NCBI GenBank assembly: GCA_950097015.1
Contig: CATNEN010000029.1
Span: 7,502,001 to 7,566,000 of the forward strand
Source: Macrostomum hystrix
Lineage: Eukaryota > Animalia > Platyhelminthes
Reading direction: 5' to 3'
DNA: 64,000 nt
A program made the position numbers and the translations under genes. Shown piece by piece: positions 61,095 to 64,000 of this stretch; the first letter of the stretch is position 1; each line of letters opens with the position of its first letter. Below the pieces are notes generated by a model that saw nothing but the letters and a program-made list of their open reading frames with translations, was not told where the DNA came from and searched no databases.

Positions 61095-61620
61095 ACCCCA
61101 GTTTCATTTATAATCGTCTGCTTCCATCTGATTGGCTACTTCAATTTATGGTCACACTGCCTCAATTCGTTGTTTGCTTCCATCTGATTGGCTACTCCAA
61201 TTTATGGTCACACTGCCTCAATTCGTTGTTTGCTTCCATCTGATTGGCTACTCCAATTTATGGTCACACTGCCTCAATTCGTTGTTTGCTTCCATCTGAT
61301 TGGCTACTCCAATTTATGGTCACACTGCCTCAATTCGTTGTTTGCTTCCATCTGATTGGCTACTCCAATTTATGGTCACACTGCCTCAATTCGTTGTTTG
61401 CTTCCATCTGATTGGCTACTCCAATTTATGGTCACACTGCCTCAATTCGTTGTTTGCTTCAATCTGATTGGCTACTTCAACTTATGATCACACTGCCTCA
61501 ATTCATTGTTTGCTTCAATCTGATTGGCTGCTTCAATTTATGGTCACACTGCCTCAATTCGTTGTTTGCTTCCATCTGATTGGCTGCTTCAATTTAAGGC
61601 TAGACTGATTCAATTTTATT
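61095..61620. repeat. 56-bp minisatellite (~9 units), each with CTGATTGGCT (reverse CCAAT box)
   Basis: Period 56 (61128, 61184, 61240 ...). Confidence 0.95.
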
Positions 61621-62836
61621 GGCTGCTTGAATCGGATTGGCTGCTTCAATGTAATTGGATGCTTCAATTAAAAGCTCTCTCTTCCTCAGTTCTACGGTTA
61701 TTAATTTGCATTGCATTGGCAATGGGAATACGACTACAGAAGTCACGACTACAAAACAGCGCCATCGATTTCAGCCAGAATCATGCAACCGACAATGAAA
61801 ATGACAGGCCAAGGAATGCAAAAACATGATTCGAATAGTAGTATCAAACGATGTCAAAATTTCTGCTTTGTAGATCGGGTCGACCGAATGATAATGAAAG
61901 ACCATTTATTTGTCTCAGCAAACGGGATGCGATACTGAGACCGACAGCGTTTCTGTCAACGTCGAGTTCGGAAGGCCGAAATAGAAGGCATGCAGTTGAA
62001 AAGCATTATGCAAATAGCAGCATTCAGAAATCTGTCCAAAAACAGGTGCCATATTTGGTAACTGTGGATCTTGAATTACAGAGATTTTTAGTCTAACAAA
62101 ATTTAAGATTTCCTATTTAGCTAGAAATCGGTTTAAACATGACGGGTTGTAAAATTTCGTTTATTTTTTGTCTAGATTCCAGTGCGCAAGTAAGTAAAGT
62201 GCGCCGCGTAGGAAGACCGTATAGGAATTGACGACCAGCAACTTCCACTCTGGGAAAATACACAAGACACCCGGTCGAGAGGCCAGTCAGCCCTCTTATT
62301 TCGTAGGTGAGACGCGGGGCGGGGGGTGTGTGTTGGTGAATGAATTGAGATACCGTGTTCGCTAGAATGGGTTCCATGCAACATGGGAGGCCCGGTCGCA
62401 GAAGACGCTTTTAAAAACAACCCAGAAGCTGCATGCTTCATGTCACGTCGCATTCCTATGATCCGTTTCCTGGGAAGTGTCTAGAAGTTTTTGCTGCTGC
62501 TTCAACTGTGGGGGCAGGCGTCACATACCTTCCTGAATGCTTATTTTCATTCCGTCAAAAACGTAAAATAGAATTAGACTTTTCTAGTTTCCGTGTTATT
62601 AAACTAGAAGTGAAGGGGCAGAGAAGAGACGGGAGAGTACAGGCAATGTTAAGATCGAATGAAATATGCTCGCAGCTTTCTGATTGGCTGCCCAGCTCAG
62701 TTGGGCTACTGGGGAGTGAGGGATTGCTAGTAAAAAGCCGACACAAATTGGAAGACTCTCGACGCCACGAATCAGTCCCGAATTCCAGTTCCTGGTTGCC
62801 TGCTCACAGAAATCTTCTTCGTTAAAGCCAGCCAGC

Positions 62837-64000
62837 ATGTTTGAAGGCACCTTCCTTCACTGGCGCTACCCGCTGCATAGCAACGTGTGCGAGGTGATGC
62901 TGTACAAACTAAACCTCAGCCGCAGCCACCTGCAGCAGCGGCAGCAGCCGCGCTACCTGGATAGTTCATGCAATCAGAAAGACATTCGCATGTCCAGTAT
63001 CTTCTTGCCGGTGAGTTTGATCGGCCTGAGCCTCAGCTTGTTCAGCGCCGCGGTATTCATTCGCCAGCGTCAGCGGACGTCCTTCCGCACCAGCCTCATT
63101 GCCTTGTCCGCGACAATCAGCTGCTACATGCTCTTCTCCTCCTTGGACTTCATCAATGTGCTCTCAGGAGCCTGCCTGTACTGGCGCGAGCCTCGACGCC
63201 ACGCTCAAGTATTCCTAGGCGCCATCATCTGCCTGTTTGTTGACACAATGATCTGTCTGCGCAATTGGTGCAATGTCCTCATGACGGCCCAGCGTACAGA
63301 GGCTTTGCTCTTTCCCCTGCGAGTACGGAAGCTGCTAAAAAAGCGCAACTTCTGTCTTTGCCTGCTGCTGCTGCTGCTCATCTGCCTTCCATTGTCTCTG
63401 GTTCGCTCCATTGCTGAGGTCTTTGTAGTGTGCGCCGATGACTCAACCGGCGAGGTCTACGGAATCGTTGGCTACCCACTCTCGGAAGAAGAGGACAAAA
63501 ATAATCCTCACCTGGAGGGAAGAAAGCGCCACTTTCACTTTCTGCTAAACGAGGAGAGCTGGTTCAATCACTACGAGACTTACGCCTTCTTTACTGTGCA
63601 AACAGTGGCGCCTGTGCTACTCGTGATCGCCTTCTCGCTCACAATGTCCGTGGCCATGCTGCGCCGCTGCAGCAGCGGCAGCGCGCAGCACCCACAAGCT
63701 GTCGCTGCCTCCACCATCGCCGGCAACAGGCAGAGCAAGAGAAACAAAATTCGCGCCAGCCGCACCGTGCTCTGCCTTGCCGCCATCTTCACCGCCCTGC
63801 AGATGCCCAACTTCCTGTTCCCGCTGGTGCTGACGGGCACATCCATGCCTGAAGAATCCGCAGCTGGCAAGATCTTTCAATTCGTGGCCGAGCTGTGCCT
63901 CCTACTGGACTCCATCCTCAACATCTTCGTCTATGCCTACTTCGTGCCCGACCTCCGGCTCTGCTGCGCCCGCATCTGGTGCCGACTCGCCGGCGGTGCT
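62837..64000 (+). CDS. Intronless class-A (rhodopsin-like) orphan/peptide-type GPCR, 3'-truncated by the window
   Basis: Open frame of 388 codons from ATG 62837, missing from the ORF track because it has no stop. Seven hydrophobic segments; TM3 end NWCNVLMTAQRTEALLFPL, TM6 AIFTALQMP, TM7 LLDSILNIFVY. Confidence 0.88.
   Translation, partial: MFEGTFLHWRYPLHSNVCEVMLYKLNLSRSHLQQRQQPRYLDSSCNQKDIRMSSIFLPVSLIGLSLSLFSAAVFIRQRQRTSFRTSLIALSATISCYMLFSSLDFINVLSGACLYWREPRRHAQVFLGAIICLFVDTMICLRNWCNVLMTAQRTEALLFPLRVRKLLKKRNFCLCLLLLLLICLPLSLVRSIAEVFVVCADDSTGEVYGIVGYPLSEEEDKNNPHLEGRKRHFHFLLNEESWFNHYETYAFFTVQTVAPVLLVIAFSLTMSVAMLRRCSSGSAQHPQAVAASTIAGNRQSKRNKIRASRTVLCLAAIFTALQMPNFLFPLVLTGTSMPEESAAGKIFQFVAELCLLLDSILNIFVYAYFVPDLRLCCARIWCRLAGGA

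Overview
Eukaryotic, intron-containing animal genomic DNA, not prokaryotic. AT-rich introns, GC-rich CAG/GCC-rich exons, very short introns and dense intronic minisatellites suggest a free-living flatworm such as Macrostomum (inference only). Genes reconstructed by hand from splice sites: eIF4H (-), a secreted protein with two hemicentin/VWA7-type VWA domains (+), an intronless TRF2/TBPL1 (-) that appears to lie inside an intron of an unidentified same-strand multi-exon gene, a 3-RRM ELAV/Hu gene (+) with a GC-AG intron and a symmetric poly-Ala hinge exon, a ~985-aa Mab-21/cGAS-like nucleotidyltransferase (cGLR candidate, +), a PH-ArfGAP gene (-), trimethyllysine dioxygenase (-) and an intronless class-A orphan GPCR (+, runs off the window). 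Mobile DNA includes a DD34D mariner, a decayed LINE RT interrupted by a hAT-type MITE with a perfect 8-bp TSD, three tRNA-derived SINE families (one CORE-like) and a Helitron-like non-autonomous element. More than 15 unrelated tandem arrays are present, and most long ORFs in the supplied track are translations of these arrays. Nearly all frameshifts I could resolve in conserved coding sequence (8-15 kb, 43-45 kb) are single-base insertions, which points to long-read consensus error rather than true pseudogenes. Top candidates for novelty: the cGLR, with an apparently intact catalytic triad and a ~530-aa insert inside its C-lobe, and the nested TRF2/host-gene locus.
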